Origin: Eledone cirrhosa
Taxonomy: Eukaryota
Direction: 5' to 3'
Assembly: GCA_964016885.1 (NCBI GenBank)
Contig: OZ024741.1
Location: forward strand, 399,156,001 to 399,220,000
DNA length: 64,000 nucleotides
Part shown: positions 1 through 12,544 of the stretch, in pieces
Numbering within the stretch: position 1 is the stretch's first letter
How the letters are laid out: every line of letters begins with the position of its first letter
Program-made: the position numbers and the translations under genes
The notes under the pieces: model-generated
What the model was told of the DNA's origin: nothing
Database searches by the model: none
Seen by the model: only the letters and a program-made list of their open reading frames with translations

Positions 1-1645
1 CTTACGATCTGAGTTCAAATCCCGCCGAGGTTGACTTTGCCTTTCATCCTTACGGGGTCGATAAAATAAAGTACCAGTAATGCACTGGGTAATTTCTGGC
101 CTTGTGCCAAAAGTAGAAACAATTATTACATATTAAAATGAGCAGTGGATTGGCAATATCGGTAGAGGGTGGGACGTCATGCTGTGCAGCATAGAGTTAC
201 GGCTCTTTATGATCTGAGTTCAAATCCCGCTGAGGTCAACTTTGTCTTTCATCCTTACGGGGTCGATAAAATAAAGTATCAGTAATACACTGGGGTAATT
301 GCTAACCTTGTGCCAAAAGTAGAAACAATTATTATATATTAAAATTAAATTAGAAAAAAGTCTAATTCTGGGAGTAGAAACAAGATAGGCAAGAAAGTAT
401 TCTATCTATCTTCGTTTATATATAGATCTTCCTAGTTTCGTATGGGGAAGAATTATTATTGGAATCAACAATAATAGAAGAATCCGCTACACTCTAAACC
501 TTAAAGTCTAAGAGAAGATATAATACTGTTTCCTTTGCCAAGGCAGCATGGTGGAATAAAAACACGTGTGGTGTTACGTTCTCAAAATCTCCTAGAACAT
601 TAGGACTTCTTGACAGGTTTATAATTGTAGCTAGAAATAGTAGCTAGAAATAGTAGCCTAAAGACCGACACTGCCAGTCCACGATAATAATAATTGTTTC
701 TACTTTAGGCACAAGGCCAGCAATTACTCAGTGTATTACTGGTACTTTATTTTATCGACCCCGTAATGATGAAAGGCAAAGTCAACCTCGGCGGGATAAT
801 AATAATTGTTTCTACTTTTGGCACAAGGTCAGCAATTATCCCAGTGCATTACTGGTACTTTATTTTATCGACCCCGTAAGAATGAACAGCAAAGCTAACC
901 TGGGCGGGATTTTAATTCAGAACGTAAAGGGCCATAACTCTATGCTGCAAAACATGGTGTATGACGCTCTACCGATACTTCCAAACCACCACGATAATAA
1001 TAATAAAGGTTTCTAGTTTAGACACAAGGCCAACACATTTTGGGGGGAGAGGAAAGTCGATTTAGCGACCCCAGTGTATTACTGGTACTTTATTTTATCG
1101 AACCCGTAAAGATGAAAAGCAAAGCTAGCCTCAGCGGGATTTGAACTCAGAACGTAAAGGGTCGTAACTATATGACACAAAGCATAATATCTGACGTTCT
1201 ACCGATACTGCCAATCCACCGCCCTTATATAATTGTGTCTACTTTTGGCACAAGGCCAGCAATTATCCCAGTGTATTACTGGTACTTTATTTTATCGACC
1301 CCGTAAGGATGAAAGACAAAGTTAACCTCGGCGGGATTTGAACTCAGAATGGCAAGGGCCGTAACTCTATGCGTCAAAGCATGGCGTCCGACCCCCTATC
1401 GATACTGCCAATCCACCGCCCTTATATAATGATTTCTAGTATAGGCACAAGGCCAGTAATTTGGGGGAGGGGAAAGTCGATTAAATCGACCCCAGTACAT
1501 TACTGGTGCTTTATTTTATCGACCTCGTAAGGATGAAAGGCAAAGTTTACCTCGGCGGGATTTGAATTCAGAATGGCAAGGACCGTAACTCTATGCGTCA
1601 AAGCATGGCGTCCGACCCTCTACCGATACTGCCAATCCACGGCCC
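1..1645. mobile_element. Cluster of ~7 tRNA-derived SINE copies (family A): two on + (1-125, 145-330) and about five on - (690-1645)
   Basis: Each copy has an A-box-like TGGCAGTATCGGTAG, a B-box GAGTTCAAATCC and the central domain GCCTTTCATCCTTACGGGGTCGATAAAATAAAGTACCAGT; tail GGCCTTGTGCC..AGTAGAAACAATTATT. Confidence 0.85.
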
Positions 1646-2026
1646 TTATATAATGATAATAAATGCTTATTCAGATTTTCAGAATACTATAACTCTTCAT
1701 TTCACACAAAAATACATCCTGCTTGATTTGATTCCTATTTTATAATGTCGAATAATAAATAACGTAAATACTACACCAAAATGTGACAATCAAAATATGT
1801 TTTAGTTTTGCGAGTCTTTCATTTTACTGCTTGCTTGACAAAGTATCCCTTTACTTACACAAAACTGCTGATGCCCGTAAAAGTACTATCAAAATAACCT
1901 ATATGTCTTCTATACAAACCTTATCCTTTTTTTTTTCTCTCCCATTTTTTCACTCATTTTTATTTTATTTTATTTTATTTTATTTTGTCATTGCTTTTAG
2001 TCATTTTATATATTTATCATCATCAT

Positions 2027-2106
<80 letters not shown>

Positions 2107-2506
2107 TAAATAAGAAGATGGATGTCGCCTGAAGTGTAATAGTTTTGTCTTCTCTTATGTCATAAATTTAGCTTGAAATACAGACGACAAAAACGTTGGG
2201 TGGGATGTGGAAATGTGTTCTTCTTGAAACACACTCACGATACCCGTGGTGAAAGCTGCATTACCAACGATTATAATGCAACTAATATTTCTAATAAACA
2301 AAGCAGATGTCTCGAACATTCCTGCACCAACACCAAGCAGAAGAAGCCTCGTTTTCAAAAATCTTCTGCAGCAGTTTTATTTTCAAAACAACAACACCAT
2401 ATTGTAAATATTTTATTTTGATTGTCGAAGGAATAATGTTGTTGTTCAAGTTCTTGTTGGTGATGTTGTCATTGTTGTTGTCGTTGTTGTTGTCGTTGTT
2501 GTTGTC

Positions 2507-2537
<31 letters not shown>

Positions 2538-3480
2538 CCGTTGTTGTCGTTGTTGTTGTCATCGTTGTTGTTGTTGTTGTTGACGTTGATGTTGTTGTTG
2601 TTGTTTGTTTGTTTCATTTAATTTTACCGCCACGGGAATAGTGAAAACGGAAGATGGAAGGAAGATATATAGAGAGAAAGAAAGTGACTGAAAAGAGGAG
2701 GAAAAGATGGTAACATATGAAGAAGGAGGAGGGGTTGTGTGGGAGTAGGCAGACATGAAACGTGTGTGATGTGAAGTGCGTGTGTGAGAAAACCTAAGAG
2801 AACGAGAGAGGGGGGAGCAAATGAGAAAATGAAATACTTGGTAGGGAATTGGTAGGGGAAATTATGCGTGAGAGAAAAAGACAAGAAAGAAGATAGACTG
2901 AGAAAAAGGAGCAAATTGGTATGGCTGAGTCAGCAGAGTTTGAGTGTGAGGGAGAAAGTGGGGAGGAGGGGGAGTGGAGAAGAGGGGGAGAAAATAGAAG
3001 AGAAAGAAAGTGGGGAAGAGGGGGAGTGGAGAAGAGGAGGAGTGGAGAAGAGGGGAGAAAATAGAAGAGAAAGAAAGTGTGGGGGGAGAAAGAGAGAGAG
3101 GAGGAGGAGAAAGGGATAGAAGAAAAAGAAAGAAAAACGAAAGAAAGTATGTGTGTGAAAGAGAGAGAAGGAGCAGGAGGAAAGAAAGAGAAAGTGGGGA
3201 AGAGGAGGATAAAATAGAAGAAAAAGAAAGAAAGAAACAAAGAAAGAAAGAAAGAAAGAGTATAAGTGTGTGAGAGAGATGGGGTGGTAGTGTGAGATAA
3301 AGAGAGAGAGAATGTGGATGAAAAGGGAAAGAAAAAGAAAGAAAGAAATGTATATAAAAGATAGAAAGAAAGGACGTAGGGAAGGGAGAAAGAGAAAGAA
3401 AGAAAAAAGAGAGAGAAAGAAAAAGAAAGCAAGAAAGAAAGCAGAGAGTGTGGGGGGGGGGAGAATTAGAAAAAGAAAAG
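2027..3480. repeat. Simple repeats: (GTA)n 2027-2100, (GTT)n 2437-2610, GA-rich tract 2640-3480
   Basis: Direct reading. Confidence 0.9.
2172..2421 (+). CDS. Possible terminal coding exon of an unidentified host gene
   Basis: Unique-complexity island between microsatellites. A pyrimidine-rich tract and TTTAG acceptor (2170-2171) precede an open frame LKYRRQKRWVGCGNVFFLKH...NILF*. No family recognised. Confidence 0.3.
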
Positions 3481-3549
3481 ACAGATAAATGTTATATTTA
3501 CAAGAGAGCTCAACATTGGTGTAGAGTATAGTGATGGATTTATTTCATA

Positions 3550-4170
3550 TAATAATTGTTTCTACTTTTGGCACAAGGCTAACAATTACCTCAGTGTATT
3601 ACTGGTACTTTATATTATCGAACCCGTAAGGATGAAAGGCAAAGCTAACCTCGGTGGGATTTGAACTCAGAACGCTCTACCGATACTGCCAATTCACGAT
3701 ATTAACAATAACAACAACTACTTTAACAATAACTAAACAAACTACTACAACATCAGCAATAACAATAACAACAATAATAACGACAACAATGACTACAGCA
3801 ACATAAACAACAACAGCCATAATAACAACAACAACAACAATAAGAACAACAACAATAACAACAACAACAATAACAACAACAACAATAACACCTCCAACAA
3901 CAGCCATAATAACAACAACAATAACAACAACAACAACAACAACAATAATAAAAACATCAACAATAACAACAGCAACAACAATAACAACAACAGTGATAAT
4001 GGTTTCTGATTTAGGCCAACAATTTTAGGAGAGGGGAAAGTCGATTAAATCGACCCAGTGCATTACTGGTACTTTATTTTATGGACCACGTAAGGATGAA
4101 ATGCAAAGTTAACGTTGGCAGGATTTGAACTCAGAACACAAAGGGACGTATCTTTAAGCCGCAAAGCATA
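3550..4170 (-). mobile_element. Two SINE family A copies (3550-3695, 3995-4170) flanking an (AAC)n tract
   Basis: Reverse complement of the family A central domain and B box. Confidence 0.8.
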
Positions 4171-4422
4171 CTGTGACAACACCAATGATAACTATTACCT
4201 ATTTACTCGTTTAATTGCCCCCCCCCCCCCCCCCCTTCGTATAACACGCCCCCTGGTGTATTTGACCCCCCCCCCCCTCATCGTATAAGAACACTCCTGG
4301 TTTTACAAGGATATTTTTGAGAAAAAAAGAATTGCAATACATTTCTTCATGAATTAATTAGAAATTATTTCATTGTTTATTCAGAAACTCTTTTATCAGT
4401 TCAACATAATTTTACTGATATA

Positions 4423-6545
4423 AACTAAACTGTACTACTGTATTGGTGATACTAATACTAACTAAACTGTACTACTGCATTGGTGATACTAATACTAACT
4501 AAACTGTACTACTGTATTGGTGATACTAATACTAACTAAACTGTACTACTGTATTGGTGATAGTAATATAAACTAAACTGTACTACTGTATTGGTGATAC
4601 TAATACTAACTAAACGGTACTACTGTATTGGTGATAGTAATACTAACTAAACTATATTACTGTATTGGTGATAGTAATACTAACTAAACTGTATTACTGT
4701 ATTGGTGATACTAATACTAACTAAACTGTACTACTGTATTGGTGATAGTAATATAAACTAAACTGTATTACTGTATTGGTGATACTAATACTAACTAAAC
4801 TGTACTACTGTATTGGTGATAGTAATACTAACTAAACTATATTACTGTATTGGTGATAGTAATAGTAACTAAACTGTATTACTGTATTGGTGATACTAAT
4901 ACTAACTAAACTGTACTACTGTATTGGTGATAGTAATACTAACTAAACTGTACTACTGTATTGGTGATAGTAATACTAACTAAACTGTATTACTGTATTG
5001 GTGATACTAATACTAACTAAACTGTACTACTATATTGGTGATACTAATACTAACTAAACTGTATTACTGTATTGGTGATACTAATACTAACTAAACTGTA
5101 CTACTGTATTGGTGATGCTAATACTAACTAAACTGTATCACCAGGTGGATTGGCAGTATCGGTGGAGGGTCGGACGTCATGCTTTCCAGCATAGTTACGT
5201 CCCTTTACGATCTGAGTTCAAATCCAGCCGAGGTTAACTTTGCCTTTCATCCTTACGGGGTCGATAAAATAAAGTACCAGTAATGCACTGGGTAATTTCT
5301 GGCCTTGTGCTAATAGTAGAAACAATTACTGTATTGGTGATACTAATACTAACTAAACTATATTACTGTATTGGTGATATAATACTAACTAAACTGTACT
5401 ACTGTATTGGTAATACTAATACTAACTAAACTGTATTACTGTATTGGTTATACTAATACTAACTAAACTGTATTACTGTATTGGTGATACTAATACTAAA
5501 TAAACTGTACTACTGTATTGGTGATACTAATACTAACTAAACTATATTACTGTATTGGTGATATAATACTAACTAAACTGTATTACTGTATTGGTGATAC
5601 TAATACTAACTAAACTGTACTACTGTATTGGTGATACTAATAATAACTAAACTGTATTACTGTATTGGTGATACTAATATTAACTAAACTATACTACTGT
5701 ATTGGTGATACTAATACTAACTAAACTGTATTACTGTATTGGTGATACTAATACTAACTAAACTGTACTACTGTATTGGTGATACTAATACTAACTAAAC
5801 TGTATTGTATTACTGTATTGGTAATACTAATAGTAATACTAACTAAACTGTATTGTATTACTGTATTGGTAATACTAATAGTAATACTAACTACACTGTA
5901 TTGTATTACTGTATTGGTAATACTAATAGTAATACTAACTATACTGTATTACTGTATTGGTAATACTAATAGTAATACTAAGTAAACTGTATTACTGTAT
6001 TGGTAATACTAATAGTAATACTAACTACACTGTATTGTATTACTGTATTGGTAATACTAATAGTATTACTAACTACACTGTATTACTGTATTGGTAATAC
6101 TAATAGTATTACTAACTAAACTGTATTACTGTATTGGTAATACTAATAGTAATACTAACTAAACTGTATTGTATTACTGTATTGGTAATACTAATAGTAA
6201 TACTAACTAAACTGTATTACTGTATTGGTAATACTAATAGTAATACTAACTAAACTGTATTACTGTATTGGTAATACTAATAGTAATACTAACTACACTG
6301 TATTGTATTACTGTATTGGTAATACTAATAGTAATACTAACTAAACTGTATTACTGTATTGCTGATACTAATAGTAATACTAACTAAACTGTATTACTGT
6401 ATTGGTAATACTAATAGTAATACTAACTAAACTGTATTACTGTATTGGTAATACTAATAGTAATACTAACTAAACTGTATTACTGTATTGGTAATACTAA
6501 TAGTAATACTAACTAAACTGTATTACTGTATTGGTAATACTAATA
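4423..6545. repeat. Minisatellite: 37-bp unit ACTAAACTGTACTACTGTATTGGTGATACTAATACTA, changing to 43/48-bp variants
   Basis: About 45 tandem copies read directly; interrupted by a SINE at ~5140-5325. Confidence 0.95.
5140..5325 (+). mobile_element. SINE family A inserted in the minisatellite
   Basis: GGTGGATTGGCAGTATCGGT...GAGTTCAAATCC...GCCTTTCATCCTTACGGGGTCGAT...GTAGAAACAATT. Confidence 0.9.
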
Positions 6546-6724
6546 ATAACACAAACTAATATTTTTAACCATAATTGGTTCCACCTCCCAACGGTGATAC
6601 GGGCGTATTGGACGCAAGAAAGTTGTTTTTTTTTAAGAAAGTGCGTCTAATATACAGTATATCCTAACAGAAAGGAAAATAACGATACAATAGTTGGTCA
6701 TTGTAATTTCATTCTAATATTATC

Positions 6725-6895
6725 ATGATGATGATGATTATCACCATTATCACCATAATCATCATCCTCGCCGTCTCCACTACCTACACCACCATCATCA
6801 GACACATCATCATCATCATCACCATCATCATCATCACCACCATTATCATCACAGTCATCATCATCATCACCATCACCATCATCATCATCAACACC

Positions 6896-6926
<31 letters not shown>

Positions 6927-7310
6927 TCATCACCATGATCATCACCATCATCATCAATATCCTTATGAGTATCAAAATATCCACCAATATCACCACCATC
7001 ATCATTACCATCACCATCAACTGCATCACCATCACCATCATCATCACCTTCAACACGACCTCCAGCACCACTACCATCATCACCACCACCACTATCACCA
7101 CCACTGCCATCACCATCATCATCACTAGCACCACCATCCTCATCACCACCACTACCATCATCATCATAATTATCACCATCATTATTATCAAACCCACCTT
7201 TATCACCACCCTCATCACCATCACCACCATCACCACCATCACCACTATCCTATCACCACCCTCATCACCACCCTCATCATCATCATAACCATCATCACCA
7301 TCACCACTAA
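6725..7310. repeat. Degenerate (CAT/CAC)n trinucleotide repeat
   Basis: Direct reading. Confidence 0.9.
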
Positions 7311-7444
7311 CGTTACCAACAATGCCGTCTAAAATGTTGATCGACAAAATTCTAAAAAAATCCTCTCCAATTGTAAAATGGCGGATTTGTTCAACTTATA
7401 TTTTATTTCAAAATACTGAAATATATTTCTTGTTGGTTTCGTCT

Positions 7445-9240
7445 TGGTTGTTGTTGTTGGTGGTGTTGTTGTTGTTGGTGGTGTTGTTGTTGGTGGTGGT
7501 GTTGTTGTTGGTGGTGGTGTTGTTGGTGGTGGTGTTGTTGTTGGTGGTGGTGTTGTTGTTGGTGGTGGTGGTTTTGGTGTTGTTGTTGTTGTTGGTGGTG
7601 GTGTTGTTGTTGGTGGTGGTGGTTTTGGTGTTGTTGTTGTTGTTGGTGTTGTTGTTGTTGTTGGTGGTGGTGTTGTTGTTGGTGGTGTTGTTGTTGGTGG
7701 TGTTGTTGTTGTTAGCGGTGGTGTTGTTGTTGGCGGTGGTGTTGTTGTTGGTGGTGGTGTTGTTGTTGGTGGTGGTGTTGTTGTTGGTGGTGGTGTTGTT
7801 GTTGGTGGTGGTGTTGTTGTTGGTGGTGTTGTTGTTGGTGGTGTTGTTGTTGTTGGTGGTGGTGTTGTTGTTGGTGGTGGTGTTGTTGTTGGTGGTGGTG
7901 TTGTTGTTGGTGGTGATGTTGTTGTTGGTGGTGGTGTTGGTGGTGGTGGTGGTGTTGTTGTTGGTGGTGGTGTTGTTGTTGGTGGTGTTGTTGTTGGTGG
8001 TGGTGGTGTTGTTGGTGGTGGTGTTGTTGTTGGTGGTGGTGTTGTTGTTGTTGGTGGTGTTGTTGTTGGTGGTGGTGTTGTTGTTGGTGGTGGTGTTGTT
8101 GTTGTTGGTGGTGGTGGTGTTGTTGGTGGTGGTGTTGTTGTTGTTGGTGGTGGTGGTGTTGTTGGTGGTGGTGTTGTTGTTGGTGGTGGTGTTGTTGTTG
8201 TTGGTGGTGGTGGTGTTGTTGGTGGTGGTGTTGTTGTTGTTGGTGGTGGTGGTGTTGTTGGTGGTGGTGTTGTTGTTGGTGGTGGTGTTGTTGTTGTTGG
8301 TGGTGTTGTTGTTGGTGGTGGTGGTGTTGTTGGTGGTGGTGTTGTTGGTGGTGTTGTTGTTGTTGGTGGTGGTGTTGTTGGTGGTGGTGTTGTTGTTGTT
8401 GGTGGTGGTGTTGTTGTTGGTGGTGGTGTTGTTGGTGGTGGTGGTGTTGTTGTTGGTGGTGTTGTTGTTGTTGGTGGTGTTGTTGTTGGTGGTGGTGTTG
8501 TTGTTGGTGGTGGTGTTGTTGTTGGTGGTGTTGTTGTTGGTGGTGGTGGTGTTGTTGGTGGTGGTGTTGTTGTTGTTGGTGGTGGTGTTGTTGGTGGTGG
8601 TGTTGTTGTTGGTGGTGGTGTTGGTGGTGGTGGTGGTGTTGTTGGTGGTGGTGTTGTTGTTGGTGGTGTTGTTGTTGGTGGTGGTGGTGTTGTTGGTGGT
8701 GGTGTTGTTGTTGTTGGTGGTGGTGTTGTTATTGGTGGTGGTGTTGTTGGTGGTGGTGGTGTTGTTGTTGGTGGTGTTGTTGTTGGTGGTGGTGGTGTTG
8801 TTGGTGGTGGTGTTGTTGTTGGTGGTGGTGTTGTTGTTGTTGGTGGTGGTGTTGTTGTTGGTGGTGGTGGTGTTGTTGGTGGTGGTGTTGTTGGTGATGG
8901 TGGTGTTGTTGGTGGTGGTGTTGTTGTTGGTGGTGGTGTTGTTGTTGGTGGTGGTGTTGTTGGTGGTGGTGGTGTTGTTGGTGGTGGTGTTGTTGTTGGT
9001 GGTGGTGGTGTTGTTGGTGGTGGTGGTGTTGTTGTTGTTGGTGGTGGTGTTGTTGTTGGTGGTGGTGTTGTTGGTGGTGGTGGTGTTGTTGGTGGTGTTG
9101 TTGTTGGTGGTGGTGGTGTTGTTGGTGGTGGTGTTTTTGTTGGTGGTGGTGTTGTTGTTGGTGGTGTTGTTGTTGTTGGTGGTGGTGTTGTTGTTGGTGG
9201 TGGTGGTGTTGGTGTTGTTGTTGTTGTTGGTGTTGTTGCT
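7445..9240. repeat. 1.8-kb mixed (GGT)/(GTT) trinucleotide array
   Basis: Almost only G and T, as interleaved runs of GGT and GTT triplets. Confidence 0.95.
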
Positions 9241-9511
9241 ACTGTTGTTGTGGCTGTTGTTGATGTCGTTGTTACTATTGTTGCTGCTACTGTTGTGGCG
9301 ATTATTGTAGCAGTTGGTATTGTTACTGTTGCTGTTGGTGGTGGTGGTGGGGGTGGTGATGTTGCTGCTGCGGCTGTTCTTGTTATTTCTATTGCCGTTG
9401 TTACTGTTGTTATTGTTACTATTTAACCCTAGGTCAACACTGATGAAGCAGACATATGATCCAAGCTATACCAGTAGTAACTCCTTCAAGAATATTATAA
9501 GAACAATATTA

Positions 9512-9705
9512 GGGCTGTGGATTCGCAGTATCGGTAGAGGGTCGGGCGCCATGCTTTGAAGCATAGAGTTACCTCCCTTTATGATCTGAGTTCAAATCCC
9601 GCCGAGGTTAACTTTGCCTTTAATCCTTACAGGGTCGATAAAATAAAGTACCAGTAATACACTGGGTAATTGCTGGCCTTGTGCCAAAAGTAGAAACAAT
9701 TATAA
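9512..9705 (+). mobile_element. SINE family A
   Basis: A/B boxes, central domain and tail as above. Confidence 0.85.
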
Positions 9706-9819
9706 GAGCAATATTATCGAATGTGGATATGATTTGAAGGAGATTTAGCTGCTTTGTTTAGCATCTCAAGGTGGAGGTGGACCACTCAAACACCTTATTC
9801 ATAGGTTCTTTAGTATATT

Positions 9820-10938
9820 TGTATGTGTACGAGAGAGACTGTGTGTATGTGTGAGAGAGAGAGAGTATGTGTGTGTGAGAGAGAGAGTGTGTGTGTGAGA
9901 GAGAGAGAGAGTGTGTGTCTGTGTGTACGAGAGAGAGTGTGTATGTGTGAGAGAGAGAGAGAGTGTGTGTGTGTGTGTGAGAGAGAGTGTGTGTCTGTGT
10001 GTGAGAGAGAGAGTGTGTGTGTGTGTGTGAGAGAGAGAGAGAAAGTGTGTGTGTGAGAGAGAGAGTGTGTGTGTGCGCGCGTGTGTAAGAGAGTAAAAAT
10101 GTGTTTCTTTGTTTGTGGTTGTGTATTTGTTTTGTGTAAGAGTACGTGTGTGTGGTTTTTGTGTGCATGTGTATATTTGTTTTTGTACGTGTGAGAGAGT
10201 GTGTGTTAGTGTGTGTGTATGTGTGTATGTGTGTGTGTGTATGTGTCTTTGAGAGAGAGTGAGAGAGTGTGTGTTTGTGTGTGTGTGTGTGTGTGAGTAC
10301 GTGTGTGTGCATGAGAGAGAGTGAGAGAGTGTGTGTGTGTGTGTACGTGTGTACGTGTCTGTGCATGAGAGAGAGTAAGAGAGTGCGTGTTTGTGTGTGT
10401 ACGTGTGTACGTGTGTACGTGTGTGGTGTGTCTATGAGAGAGTGAGTGAGTGTATGTTTGTGTATGTTTGCATGTATGTGTGTATGAGAGAAAGAGAGCA
10501 ACAGAGAACGTATGTGTGTTGATATTTCCATTCATTAAAGGGTGTATGAAAGGTTTGTGATTAGTAAACTATGATTTGCTGATGTCTCAGAACCAACTTA
10601 TATCAACTGTGTCACATGTAAACCACACGTGACTAACACTTATCTATTTATTTCTGCTAGATCAAGTAGACTGCACTTGTTAAGTGTTAAAATGAACGTG
10701 CTGGCAAATTGTAGTTATTGCGTAGAGCTTCGCCATGTAAACAGCTCTAGTTTCATTCATACCACCTCATCCTTCTTCATCACATTCTCCTTCTCCTTCT
10801 CCTCTCTGCTTACTTATCATATATATATCCGACTCTCTCTCTCTACCCCTCTCTCTCTCACTCTCTCTCTCTCTCTTTCTCTCCCATTCTCTCTACCTCA
10901 CTCTCTCTACCTCTCTCTCTCTACCCCTCTCTCTCTAT

Positions 10939-10992
<54 letters not shown>

Positions 10993-11340
10993 TAATCAGT
11001 ACATTCCATGGATATCCACCCTAATTCCTCTCTACGGGTTGTCTAACTTCTCACTGTGTAATTCTTCATCACCCTTCTTGCTCTCTCTCTCTCTCGATCT
11101 CTATCTTTCTCTCTCCCTCTCTATCTATCTATCTCTTTATCTCTCTTTATCTCTCTATCTCTCTACCTCCTTCTCGTTATCTCTCAGCCTCTCTCTATCT
11201 CTATCTATTTCTCCCTATCTCTATCTCTATATATCTATCTCTTTTTCTCTTTATCTCTCTACATATCTCTTCCATTCTCCCCCTTTCTCTCTCTCTCTCT
11301 CTATCTCTCTCTCTTTCTCTCTCTCTATCCATCTCTATAT
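9820..11340. repeat. Compound (GA)/(GT), (CT) and (ACT)n microsatellites
   Basis: Direct reading; a short unique stretch lies at 10510-10780. Confidence 0.9.
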
Positions 11341-11434
11341 TCCGAAGCAGCTGTCTATTTATCTGTCTCTGTTGTTCGGTCAGCCTGTCTTGTATGTCCG
11401 TCTGTATATATTCCTCTTCCTTTCTCTCTCCCTC

Positions 11435-11592
11435 TCACAATCGAAAGGTTGTGAGTTCGAATCCCAGACCGAGTGGTGCGATGTGTTCTTCAGCAACACA
11501 CTTTATTTCACGTTACTCCAGTTTATTCAGCTGTAGAAATGTGATGTCACTGGTGCCAAGATGTATTGGTCATTGCCTTTCACTTAGACATC
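11435..11592 (+). mobile_element. tRNA-derived SINE family B (CORE-like domain). Other copies at 29345-29560 (+), 30825-30965 (+), 41230-41435 (-), 50900-51150 (-), 62975-63120 (-, tail only)
   Basis: B box GAGTTCGATTCC/GAGTTCGAATCC followed by TGTCCTTGAGCAAGACACTTTATTTCACGTTGCTCC, resembling the CORE-SINE TGTGACCTTGGGCAAGTCACTT motif. Confidence 0.75.
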
Positions 11593-11633
11593 ATATATAG
11601 TGTATATATAGTGTGTATATATATATATATATA

Positions 11634-11771
<138 letters not shown>

Positions 11772-11876
11772 GTATTTCCGTAGGAAAGGTACAGGAAAAG
11801 AGAGTGCTCTATGTAGGTTACAGGGCTTATTAGTTATGTAATAAACAACATCAATTATCTTATGTTGTTTATTACA

Positions 11877-11926
<50 letters not shown>

Positions 11927-12326
11927 AAAACTGGATCTAGCTGTCGAAACGGCCGGACCTCAGCCGGCGGAGTCCTGACACTTTTCCTATTACCCACTCT
12001 ACTACCCTAAGTATCGAGTACTCTGGTGCGTTATGGTCCACCTGGTTCCTTACCTCACTTTCTTTGTTATGAATATATATATATATATATATTGTATGCC
12101 CAATCACCAGTCTTTGGAGCAGATCGATAATGGAGTGTTTAGGTGTCGGACACTAGTCCTTCATCAGAAGAGAGAAGGAATAATAAAAGATGAAAGAGAA
12201 ATAATTGGAGTCTTTAAGAAGTTTTATTTACAATAATTTGTAATTTGTAACTTTACCGGTTTCATAAGTTTCTTGATTTTCAAATGTTAAGTGTCGTCAT
12301 AGCCACACATTTCTCCATCTTTCTTA

Positions 12327-12364
12327 ACTTTTGAAAATCAAGAAACTTGTGAAACCGGTAAAGT
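12327..12364 (+). ncRNA. Type I hammerhead ribozyme, U3-A8 core variant (inverted copy at ~12249-12287)
   Basis: ACTT-TTGAAAA-tCAAG aaa CTTGt-GAAAC cg GTA-AAGT: stem I ACTT/AAGT, stem II CAAG/CTTG, palindromic ACCGGT stem III. Confidence 0.6.
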
Positions 12365-12446
12365 TTTAGATTATAAATTATTGTAAATAAACCTTCTTAA
12401 AGATAGATTAATATGCCGGATAGATGGAGATGGACATATAGACAGT

Positions 12447-12447
<1 letters not shown>

Positions 12448-12544
<97 letters not shown>
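12448..12544. repeat. (GATA)n microsatellite forming the 3' tail/target of LINE A
   Basis: About 24 units directly abutting the AATAAA-containing 3' end of the LINE. Confidence 0.95.

Larger units (their letters stand above)
4195..6660. mobile_element. Possible pogo/Tigger-like DNA transposon relic enclosing the minisatellite
   Basis: Left end TACCTATTTACTCG...CGTATAACACGC...CGTATAAGAACAC and right end GCGTATTGGACGC...AAAGTGCGTCTAATATACAG resemble TATAAGACGC/GCGTCTTATA-type termini; heavily decayed. Confidence 0.35.

Noticed and set aside
4423-6545. 37-bp repeats as CRISPR direct repeats
   Set aside because: Head-to-tail minisatellite without spacers.
7322-9426. 660-aa Leu/Val and Gly/Val ORFs
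   Set aside because: Translations of a G/T-only triplet repeat that cannot contain stops; no coding evidence.
10661-10736. Possible exon after TTTCTGCTAG
   Set aside because: Weak donor and no recognisable peptide; cannot be supported.
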